Of a stretch of DNA of 64,000 bases, positions 12,012 through 23,900 are shown piece after piece (within the stretch, counting starts at the first letter, position 1; the number at the start of each line of letters is the position of its first letter). Source of the DNA: Phoronis australis (Eukaryota > Animalia > Phoronida); NCBI GenBank assembly GCA_002633005.1, contig NMRA01000361.1, positions 248,001 through 312,000 on the forward strand, read 5' to 3'. A model generated the notes under the pieces. It ran no database searches. It had not been told where the DNA came from and saw only the letters and a list, made by a program, of their open reading frames with translations. Position numbers and translations under genes: made by a program.

Positions 12012-13972
12012 ATGGGAATACATGTATCTTTCCCAATAGTTCTAGATCCATTGGCATTCGAAACTGACGAGACATATAACTGCATGGGTAAGCAGGTACA
12101 CGTAGTTGATAAAAAAGTTGTTTTAACGCGACGTGGTGACGCTTCTACACACTTTTCCGAAAATGTATATTTTAACCGGAAACTTTTCAAATGTGCCTCG
12201 TCGTCTTGTTGTAAGCCACGTCGTTTTTAGTAGCCACCCAAACTAGTATAAAAATGAACGACTGGAAGAGTTCCGTAGACCAGTACATTCGCCGCGCTAA
12301 TACATGCATGCGTGAAAAATACAGGCAGTCCATATAATTTGTGAAGTCGTATGTGAACCTACTGTGATCCCTCATAAATAATTGCTGTTATAGAAACAAA
12401 TGCCTCATTTTTGTTCAGTCTTTCAAATGAGCCCATGATAACATATGTATAGGGGCTATTGTGAAAAAATACACCTCCCTCCTTAACAACAACTCATTTG
12501 CTAAATTATAGTTTTCTTTGTGATTCAGAATCTGATTAGGTGACTGAAATATAAGCTTATCTTATTTTCAGAAAAAATCGTTAATTTTCACTTAAAATTC
12601 CTTCTATGTGGCCAGGTAAACTTAGGACATCTCAGAAGAGCGCGGGTCACAGACGAAGACGACGTCACAAACTGGAAAGGGTGACTGAAGAATTCTTCAC
12701 GGGATTTATCGATGAACGTAAAGATATAGAGGAAAGCAAGAAAAAGTTCAGAGGCAAGTCCCGTCCTTAAATGTTTTACATCCTGAATATACACAAAGAC
12801 AACCTCGAAATTACCTTCCAGAGGTGATTAATTATATGCCAAAGTCATTAATAAACTTGGAATGAAATGAATCGTTGTATCAATCAAATTCTGTTTGATT
12901 TCAGAAATCGACATCTCGTCACTGCGGGAGAAATTTCCCAAGTTCTGCGAGGTGGAAATTCTTGTGTTTAGGTCGTTGTTTCAAACATTTGACGTAAACC
13001 AAGATTGTGTTATAGATTTCAATGAATTGTAAGTATCTCTATGCTAAACTGCAAACTCGACACCTGTTACGGTGTGTGGCTCATTTATTACGAAAATTAA
13101 AAAATGTCAGCTTTGATGCGGTTAGATTAAAAGGCACGCTTTAGCGTGACATTTGAATTTCTTGCAAAAGTGAGTAATCGATAATGACTTTAAGCGACAT
13201 CTGACTCTTTTAAGGTGTCGAGTATTAGATGATCTAGGGGACCGTTCAACCAGAGCGGCTCGAAGAACTTACTTTGACTTAGCAGACGAGGACAAGTCAG
13301 GATCGATGGATTTCGAAGAATATTTGAAGGTAACTCATTACAAATAGGTGATTTCGAACGTGGTCGACTGGCATAGTTTTGAACTTCGCCAACCACCGTG
13401 TTGTGCTTATCAAAACCCTGATTGTAATGTAAGGCAAGGAAATTGCAAACCCTTGTCCTTGCTTATATGAACTGAGGAAAAACACCGAGTTAGAAAACAT
13501 AAAAGTAAAAACGCGTCCTTTCCCATCATCAAGGTTTTTTAACTATGCTATTCTCACCCATCGTCTTGCCTTTTGCCTCTTGTTGGTATGCGTCTGGAGC
13601 ACGCGGGTACTACTGGATTGGGAAACAAGGCAGTTTTGGTTCTCCTCATATTGTAATATGTACAGTGTATGTTTGTAGTGTGAATGCACGAAAAAACCGT
13701 AACTTCCATTCTCCCACGAAACGGTACCTACTTTGAAATTCTTTTTTAGCTGCGAAAAGAGTGTTCAGCTTGATAACTCGGCAGTGATGCTTATGAGTTC
13801 GGCAATTTTCGTAATAACCCGTTTTGTTTTCTAGTTCCTCGATCTAATACTTCATCAGCACGAGAAGCAGTTCTCTGAGCTGAGGCTAGAGTTAACTAAA
13901 CGCGGCTTGGAGAAGGCAGAGCGACTACGAATGCTCAGTGTCCCAGAACAAATGCGACATGGGTTGTTCTGA
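12012..13972 (+). CDS. 196-aa two-EF-hand calcium-binding protein (AIF1/EFHD-swiprosin-like layout), possible N-myristoylation
   Basis: Exons 12012-12087, 12616-12753 (GC donor AG|GCAAGT), 12905-13028, 13215-13329 and 13835-13972; total 591 nt, open frame. EF loops DVNQDCVIDFNE and DEDKSGSMDFEE; N-terminus MGIHVS; ends MRHGLF-stop. Confidence 0.8.
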
Positions 13973-15489
13973 CACTAACTTATTTTTATAATTAAAATGT
14001 TTTTATATAACTTATTTATTGTTATTTGTACGCACTGTTTTGATTTACCTAGCTATAGTAGATTACGTACGTAGTACTTTCATAGAAGTTACACTTTACA
14101 GTTTTATTCACCCTGGCAGTTGTTTCTACATCACTGTGTGTGCGAATACGTATAAACATTACGTATTGCAATTAACGTGCGTTCTAAGAGCTGTTTTTTG
14201 AGTGCCTTAGTAGAAATTTATCATTAAGACTGCAGTATATTGGCACTATTTCAACTTGTGAAGAAGATAAACTGATGTCGCAAGGACGTAAATAGTTGAA
14301 CACAGCAGTGTTACTTGGATTACAAATAAATTTTCTTATCGGTGTAAATTCGTGGTCAATTTTGTTCAAACGTAGTAATTGTTATGGCAGTAATGTAATG
14401 TTACGTCACTGGACCTGCCAATTTACAACTGCAGACGGTCATTCAGTGTGTATAAATAAACATTAAATAAAATTTTGTGACTCTGTTTTATCCATTAGCT
14501 TGACTGACTTCAGACTTCTCTCCTAACTTTAGCGTCATCGACTATTAACTGGCAAAGCGACAACACTTGCTTGAATTCATTTTTGTCATTGGACCAAGAA
14601 TCCTTGATAGCTTGACGCCGATGTTCCTATAGTCGAGCAAATATCATTACTAATATCTCCCAAAACAGCGCCCATGCCTTTACAATTGTCTACTCGATTT
14701 CACTCGATCCTCTTTCTTCACAAACGAATCGTTATAACTTCCACATTTCCGTTAAATCTAGTATGAAGAAGAATTGATGTGAATTATTGCAAATGGCAAA
14801 TGTCTGAAACAATTACTTTGCTGATTGTTGTTTTTTGTGAGCTATAACAAACCAAAGCCTCACTTGGCTGCAGAAGATAACACTAGACACGCAACGTGTC
14901 TGCAAACACTTATTTAGAGACTCGCCGGAACCAGTAAAAATTCGTGGAACATATTTCGACCTACTATGATTTACAATTCAAAACTTTACCTTTGGTAGTT
15001 GCAATGCCTGATGAAGGAGACGGTAATACGAGAGCTTTCCGCCATAAAGTGGATCCGTGTGCGTGGTCCGTTCGGAATGGTTAGCGACATTTCTTTAACC
15101 ACTGCTCATTCTTGTGAAATTACTTTATTTTTAAGATATGTGCCCACCGAAAGTTCCCTCAACATCTACACATGTGACCTTTTACTTTGGTACCAGCCAA
15201 GTGTCTCTATTGACTGGTAATTGAATGGAAAATATTTTGTATACGACCTAGGGTCAAGAGGACGCACACGGACATTTGAAAGAGGATTGCACATTGTGGA
15301 TTGATGGGAACCGTTATTTTACTCCAGATTTCTACGATTTGGTACTACGAATATTTTTGAAGGCCACATGAATAATGTTTCATAACAAGTGTGAAGGTAG
15401 CACATTTCAAATTTCTCTCAAAACGCTTTCTGGCACAAGAACAGCCATTGAATATGGGTACTGACGGTAACAGACTGGGAGAATATATT

Positions 15490-15590
15490 TTTGGTCTGTA
15501 TAGAGTTCAATAGCCGTCTCGCAACGAGAAAAACTTAGCCAAAATCACACAGCTCTGATTGAAAATACACAGCAACATCTCGCGGAATAT
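15490..15590 (+). repeat. Dispersed repeat fragment, similar to 57535-57625
   Basis: Shared TAGAGTTC..TAGC.GTCTCGC..GAGAAAAA..TAGCCAAAATCA...GAAAATACA..CAA.ATCTCGC at both loci. Confidence 0.5.
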
Positions 15591-17236
15591 CTTTTCAAGC
15601 GTGGTGCTTACATTAATAAACTCCACCGTGACCCTGAAGTACCTGGATATGAAACCAGCACGTCAACAAGGTCAATGGCCTTCGTCCAGAGGTCACCATG
15701 GTGCAGCAGCGCAACTTGCGCTAGGAACAAGCTAATCGAGGGCAATCGATCACGAGGACAAAAACTAAGCGAGCCGAACTAGACACTGCTGAGCCAATTA
15801 ACATCACTTTATCAGGTACAGGCAGTGCAATATGCATGTATTCAAGAGGCAAAAACTGCTTCACTAGAGCAGAGATGAATTGGACCTTTTGTTCTCAGAC
15901 ATCTCTTACATCCTACTATTGTGCTGGCTGTGCAGAGAACTAGCTGACTGGACGATGAAGATGTGATTTGTTATACCAGCCCAACACCCTGCATTTGATG
16001 ACCCACATAAAACAAAGACAAATAAGGATAAAAACTCTATTAAAACAGTATCCAAAATACATGTGCATAATATAAAAATATGGAGTAAAACATTCATAAC
16101 AAATGTGTTTGTTAGACGCAGTAGGGTAAAAGTTATAACAATTAACAAACATTAAAAAGATACTAAACCTAATTTTGGCCTATTAACAGATATTAACCAT
16201 GACTTTTGGTCCAGCTCTCTAAAACAATTTAACACTTTGTAACCCTCGTCAAGACTAAAAAATAGGGGGCAAATTTTGAAACCTCCTTACTAAGTGTACT
16301 AAAGGGGCTAGGGTGACCTACGTTTTAGGGGAGTCATACAACTGTGGGGAAAGACCACCCAACAAGAACCATGACATCCAGTGAGTATCTGTTTTCAGCT
16401 GAATCCTGCATTTATCATTGACGTCAGACGCCAACAGAGCATTAGTTAGCAGGGGAACGAACGAGAATTGATTGATATCACCAAAACAGGGTTTAGTATC
16501 CTTTATAAGAATGGAGGGGTTTTCTAGAACAGTGAAGTTTCAGATACGTTTACAGGAAAACCTTTGATAGAATTGATAAGTCACTTCAGGACAGTCGATT
16601 TCAGTGTAAACTTATTGTCATTTACGACTTCGTATTGACCTTGTGTTGACTAATTAGGTTCAAAAACACATACCTATACTGCATAAAAGTCGTCATTGAG
16701 TTTCATTATTCTTAAGGTTGGTCCTTGGCTTGAAGTCAACAGCAAACAACCTTTTACAAAACTGGTAACGGGGGTCTCCCTGGACAAAAAATTTAAAAAT
16801 GTGCAAATTGCATGTCTTGTTCTCACGTACCAGTCTTTCTTTTTGTTAATTAATGAAAACAATTACAGTTGCACATTATTTTCACTTTTTGGCCAGGTCA
16901 CCATCATTTTACTGTCAAATAATAAAAAATACACCACTGTGGAACACAACTGCAATCATTTGACTTAAAAGCAAAAAATAGACTTTTCAAACATCGATCA
17001 ACATTTCCAAGCACAGTGCAGAACCATGTTGGGATAGATGTAGGGAGACCACTAGGTAAGTTTAAGAAATAACCTCAATGCAAGAGTTGAGATTATGTGT
17101 TCAACAAATATTTGCAGACAGTCTGGTACACGGTGTACCAGACATACATAGGCCGCTCACCTGGAACCATTTTTATGTTTTATTAACAGTTAAACCAATC
17201 TGAGGAGCTAGAGAACTGACTGAAGGGTCCAGCTGT

Positions 17237-17310
17237 GTGCCCCAGTGGGACTCAAACCCATGACCTTGAGCAAAGGAAGTGAACACTTATCCCAAAAGGC
17301 CACACTGCCT
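17237..17310 (-). mobile_element. Degenerate tRNA-derived sequence (SINE head or tRNA pseudogene)
   Basis: Minus strand reads GGCAGTGTGGCCTTTTGGGATAAG...CATGGGTTTGAGTCCCACTGGGGCAC, with A-box-like and B-box-like motifs at tRNA spacing. Cloverleaf is imperfect. Confidence 0.45.
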
Positions 17311-17977
17311 CCTCAGATGACGGGCTAACAAACTTTAAAAATTTACAAATTGAGACTTTACCACTACATAGGTACCAATTCAATTTTCCATAAACCAGTG
17401 GTGACATTAACATGAGACTAGTGCAAGAACAACACTACAGGTTATTTAAGCAAACTGTTCCCATAACACACACTGTGTACAACCACTTAAAACACGTAGT
17501 AAAAATATTTATTAACAGAAGGCGAATGCCAAAAATGTGTCTGAATGCATTTAGCACAATCATACAATAATAAGAAATGAGGTAAGAATTACAGGTGATA
17601 CAACGACACTAAGTCTAAACCCATAGTTATTTTTAACCAGCCATTTCACAGCTAAGAACAATGTTTCAAATGGTAGTTTTCACCAGACAATTTATAATAT
17701 TGCAAATCAAGTACATCCATATTTCAGGAATCTTCCTGAACAAACAATAGAAAAGTATCACTTAGTACTATTTGATTCCAGCTGTAGTTTGTGTGGATTA
17801 CATTATATGTTATGTCACAAATGACAACAACATGAGGTCATATCATGAATATCTAATTTGGCACTGACATGAGGCATTTCTAGAAGTTTTACTTAAAGTT
17901 ACAGTCAACAACATGATTGACTAAAATAGTAAGTAACACCCTGAAAAATCCTTCGACTGTCTTGCATAATAGCCTAA

Positions 17978-20900
17978 TTAGGTTGTGTCTAGTCTAATCA
18001 TGCGTAGTTTGTGACTGTCAGCCAATACACAGGCAGCTTCATTTGATCCTCCGCAGTAACCAGACGAAGAGAAGACTGTTAACAACTTGCCCTTCTGTTG
18101 AACCTAGTCAAATAATGTGCACTGTTAGTTTTGACACTTTCCAACGGGTGATTCAGGAAAGTGTGGACCCTTCTTTGTTTGAGTTTGTTGTTTCAAGCTC
18201 AGTATCTCATTTTTTTCAAGACAACTTAAGCCATAAAAATTCGGTTTTGGAGCTCTAAGGTTTGAATTTGTAAGCTTAAAGAATTTGACTTAACAGACAT
18301 TGCAAATGTACAAACCGATAAGAAGATATTGTACGTAATTAATACGATATAGTGGACAATAATGAATCCACCCTTGGCACTGATACTCTAACCACTGTGT
18401 TTGGGTTCCATTTCCACATTTAAACAAGAGTATGTGCATAAAAAGGCACGCTGATATCTTGCCACAAACATCTCTCTTCCACTGCAGACAGAAACGAATC
18501 TAAGTTTGACAGAGACGAGCAGGTCATTACCTAAAATGTGATGGTACAGCCCTTCAAGATAAGGCTTATGACAGCCACCCACCAACCATGACAAACGAAT
18601 TACCACTATCCATGACTACTGCATGACCACCATCCATTAGTCACAACTAAAGATCATAGAACCCTACAAGATCAGATGGATGACCACCAGACATAAGTCA
18701 TGACCAGTGAATGACTACCAAACATCAGTTATGACTTGAGACCAACTTACCTGGAACCCCACTTGTTGTACCTCATGAGCTCTAATCACGTGAGACAGAC
18801 CATTTCGGGACAGAAACTTCACCAAAGCATCACAGCTGAAGAAGTAGGCCGTACCTCGTCGTGTGTTGTGAATGAATCCGTCACCGTCCTTCAAGTCTTG
18901 CTTCTGTTCTTCGGTCAATAAGTCATTACTGTAAAGGTGGAAGAATTCGAGTGCTTGTTAAAAAGTCAATTGCAAATAAACAGGTCATTCATTACCACAC
19001 TCGTCCGGGTTACCGCCCAGGGTGCTTTAATTGGGAATCTAAAAACCCAGGGGGTTGGCGGTAAGTCCAGTATAGGTGGTAACAAGCACGAGTACTGTAT
19101 TACATGAACAGAATGAGAGAAAGACACAAACAAAAGTAGTTGCCTATGAGCAGATTTGACAGAATTACAATAGCTATACACTTTGATAGATACTCCAAAG
19201 GTTTTAAAAAGATAAAAAGGTGGAATTTCTGCATAAAACAAATGTCAAACTTAAAACTGTTCACTGCACTGTGAATTATTGATAAACGTGCAACATGGCT
19301 TAGCACTGCTTAGGAAATCAAATGAAGGCGTCCAGTGTGCAGTTTCACAGAATGAATTCCAAGGTATTAGACTCCATTTAGAAAATGGGGAAAAGAAATT
19401 CACAATAGACACAAACCTGGTTAGGGCTGTTCCAGTAAAATCTGTATGGGAGGGGGAAGGCACTTTTTTTCGCACCCACCACCCATATTTTTCACATATT
19501 TCTTCAGCCCACCATCTGTATGAAATGAAACCACCCGTAATTTTTTTGTTCTTATGGTTGACTGCACAGGTGCTTGAGTTTATCTGTTCCTCGATCACAA
19601 TGGACGTAATTCAATACTAAGAAAACATATGTTTCTTATATATGGTTATTAACCATCGGGAAATTCGAGCGCCTGTGATTGACTAGTGTTATGGGCATGC
19701 CGATGGGGAGATCAGAGGGAGTGAAAAGTCGGACCTTTTTGGAAGTTGCGTTTTTATTTTAGTAGTTGATTCTGTGCAGATTGTTTATAAAACTTACTGA
19801 AATTACCATCAAACATTTATGGCACAATGAAACAACAACGACCTGTGAATTTTTATTTTTTTGAAGAACGACTGCCAGCCATTTTGAATTTAAATCAAAC
19901 ACAACCACCCCTAAATTTTTATTTTAATTGCTTTCCCCCCTCCCATACGGATTTTACTGGAACAGCCCTTAGGTAATATCCAAGAGTGTTATTTTATGGT
20001 TCTTATCAATGTATCTATAACATCTTGGCCCAAAATTCAAAAATACATTCCAGGTGCATGAAAGCACATTCTTGACATCAACTTGACTAAGAAATACATC
20101 CGTTAAATTTGATGAAGTTGTACCACGGAACTGGAGTTATTGCGGCAGACATGAAAAGGTGAAATTGCCACGAGGGGGCACAGCATTGCGTCAAGGAAAG
20201 CTAGTCTATACTCTCTATGGCTATGTTCTTTTGCAAAACTGACTTTAAATAAATTAAATCCAAACAAATTGAATTGAATTTTGGGGTAAAGCGGCATTGT
20301 ATTGATCTGAAAATGGACCCCAGTCATGCTCCAGCAACAAGAGCACATCCATCAAATGGACCTCAGTCATGCTCCAGCAACAAGAGCACATCCATCAAAT
20401 GGACCTCAGTCATGCTCCAGCAACAAGAGCACATCCATCAAATTTCTTGCTGTTCCTTTAACTGGCAGGTAGAGCCGCATGCCAAATACAGACACCGAAA
20501 TACTCAAAAATTGCTACTTGGGGGCGCACAACATAACGGAAATGTCTGAAAATTATTAGGTGACGCCCCTTTTTAATACAGACATATCTGGCTACTTTTA
20601 TAAAGATCCATCAAGGTAGACGGAAAAAAAATTGCCACCGGAAGCAGTCACTGAATTTCTTTGAAAATAGTCATCATCCATTGTTATGTTTTGAAAAAGG
20701 AACACACCTGCCCAATTTCAAGGAGATGCTGCGAATGCTGAACAACCAGACGGGGACGACTACAGTATGCGTGGACATACATATTGTAAGAGAGTGCATA
20801 TCACCTGATAAATAATAAACGGCACAACTGTATTTACTTGCAACCTCCATATTGACCATACCTGGCTGGGTCACTCCACATGATTTCCCAAGCTAGATCA

Positions 20901-23900
20901 GATTGTGCTTCAGGGTCCTTCAGTGGTACAGGTATATTGTCTATTGCTTCTAGCTTCCCCTCCCCATGGTCCGTAGAGGGTATACCACCATGAACGCAGA
21001 ATATCTAATATACAAAAGAGATGACACAGCATGTAATGGACAATCGAGCAGACAGAGAAATGCAAATACAGTCTAGCACAGAAAGAGTTTGATCTAGGTC
21101 ATCACTTCATGATTTTAAGACATTTGCAAAAGGTTAAAAGTTAACGGTACATACGTGTATTTAGGCCCATGTACCTAGTATGTATTTATTATAGGGACAT
21201 AACAGAGTGCAATTAAAAAACAAAAAGACTTTCTATGCAATGCATCCCCAGCCTCTTGGGCTTATAGGTCACCTGATACAAATTAACATGCGAGTGGTTA
21301 ATATACACTGAATACAGGCAGATCTTGTGGCAATCTAGTGCCTTAATCAAAAACTTGTCAAGGGCTTCTGGATAATCAAGAAACAATTCTAGAAGGGAAG
21401 ATTCATTTGGTAAATCGTTCTAAAACAATTTTTCTAGGTGCAAATGAAAATAAAAAAGAACAGAAAACATTAAAGAGTAATATCTACTGGGAATTAGGAC
21501 AACACAAAGAAACTAGGGGCTAGATTACCTTCTCATCTACAACGGCAGCAATTGGCATGACATCAAAACAGTCGTTGACTGCCTCCCACACTTGACCTCC
21601 CAGAGTCTCACCAAACTTTAAAGTGCATTCCCTGTTGAACAACAATAAACATCAGGGAAATACAAGTATTAACAATAATGTAGTAAATTCTCACCAGTTT
21701 CTGAAAAAAATATTGGATAATATTGACCTTTTTTATTTTCTAACATTTTGTGAATGTCCACAATTTCTCTGATGTTACTTTAAGTTATCATTTATTATGA
21801 AAAAATAAACTTTCAGTTGTCTGCCATATCATGTGTTAAATCAGTGAGACTTTGCATACATTCCCTTTCAAGCAACAATATGAGTATCTGCACACGTACA
21901 AACAAATTCAAGATCAACGTTTCCTTTTTCGTCTAAATGCATCATGATTCCTTGGCCAAGAACTAAACTTGAAATGTTATTGATTTTTCCAGTCTCCTCA
22001 GACTTAAACTAATGAATGTAGAAGCCATCACCTCTGAAACATTATGTCTCAAGATCAGCCGACTATGTCATCATAGGAGATATAGGGTTTTAGTACCGGG
22101 AATTTCTAAAAACTGGCCCACCCAAAAGTACGGCCATGGGCGCATTTGGAGAAAATTTTCCAAAAGTACGGCCATGGGCATATTTTTGGTAAATGTTGGC
22201 ATGTTTTGAAATTACAATGGATTGTTTTCCTTGGCAAGACATATTTGGGGCTTGTGATTACACTGAAATGACTATGATCATGTAACAAAATATTAGGTGA
22301 CTTTGTTGGTAACTAACCATATAAGCACAGTATGACGGACAGTTTTAAAAACAGTTTCCGAAGATACGACCCCCTTTTCTGAAAATATGCGTTTTGGTAA
22401 GGTCATTTTCCAAATATCCAACCATGGGCCTATTTTACAATGGTACTGTAATCATATGATAAACAATCAAGTCAAATTTGATACCACAAAATGACAAGAA
22501 ACAGCATTTTAGTCAAAAAATGTACTTGTATAACCTAAATTTTGTATTTTCTTTAGAGCAATATGTAAATCATATTATAAAACAATTATTTGCCATGGCG
22601 TATTGGTTTTTATACCCCAAATTTGTAATCACAGCCAATAGGTGGGGTTTGAAAAAGGACATAGTGACATCGGCAAACATCAGAAATTGTTGGTATAATA
22701 ATTCATTATCGTGTACAACTAGAAAATTTTTAAATATCAACCCTTCAAGAGGCTTGCCCATTAGTAACGATTTTATTTTAAAGAAATGGTTTTAACAATT
22801 GAGTATTCAAAATTTAAACAGCCCCCATAAGCAGACATGTTGACATGCTGTTTGAAACTGAACTATGTACTTACTTCTCAAACTGAAACATTTGCTGCAC
22901 GGACCTCAGCTCGTGGTTTCCTCGAAGGAGGTGGAATTTCTTTGGAGCCAGAATTTTTTGAGCAAACAAATATGAAATCACCTGCAAGGATTCAATGTAA
23001 ACATATAAACATGTCAATTGCAGGAGTTTCTTTTATTCAGTGCGGGTGAAGAAAATGTGAGCGCACCTCTTGGGATTGTTGGTTTCATGTCTGATCTTGC
23101 TGGTGCAGCAGTCCCAAGGCATGTGTCAATATTTACAGCCATACACTTAATGCAGCATTAACCAATTGGAATCTCCGAATATTATTTCCCAACCAATCCG
23201 AATATCCAAATGTCACCCTGTTCTGCTAACCAATGAGAAACCAGATTCATCATCCTTGAACAATGCTCTCTCTCATAATACTGGATTAAAGTGTACTACA
23301 CTGAATACGTGTGACATAATTCGAAGGAAATCTTGCCAGCATAAATCAGTTTCTGCAATGGTGACTTCTAAAATTCATGTCTCTATACGTGAAAAGACCG
23401 GTGACAACTTATTGCGTGTGGTTCAGCAATACTACCCTTTACTATGTACCCTCATAATACCAATACTGTGAAAGCACTACAGCAACAGTTAGTGAGAAGC
23501 TCCAATTGACTGACTACTTCACCTTACCTCCACACCATGCTCCCCTCTGTCCACATAGTCACCCAGAAACAAGAATGAGGCAGGCGTCAGTAGAGGACCC
23601 ATTCTCCACAGAACCTTCTCAAAACAGATCAGGTCACGGTAGTTGCCGTGAATATCACCTGGACAAGAAAAAATTTACTGAGCACTTGATGTAAAATAAG
23701 CAATTATCAACAAATCAACAGAAGCAGGATTATCACACAACTTAATAAGACCTCAGCAACAGGAAAGTGAGATGTTGTAAGTCAATGGAAAAGGCATCAC
23801 TATTCATTTGATTTCACGTATTTGTTTGCACCTGTTGTTATTGCGTATAAATTAGAAATATAATGGTCTGCATTACTCACTGTAGAGGTGACATTCACAA

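Noticed and set aside
19251-19620. Overlapping 113-115-aa ORFs on both strands
   Set aside because: They span a MITE end inside an intron and show no transposase or other motifs.
20311-20443. 43-bp direct repeats as a CRISPR array (likewise 23876-24102 and 54937-55148)
   Set aside because: Units are contiguous with no unique spacers, there are no cas genes, and the context is eukaryotic. These are minisatellites.
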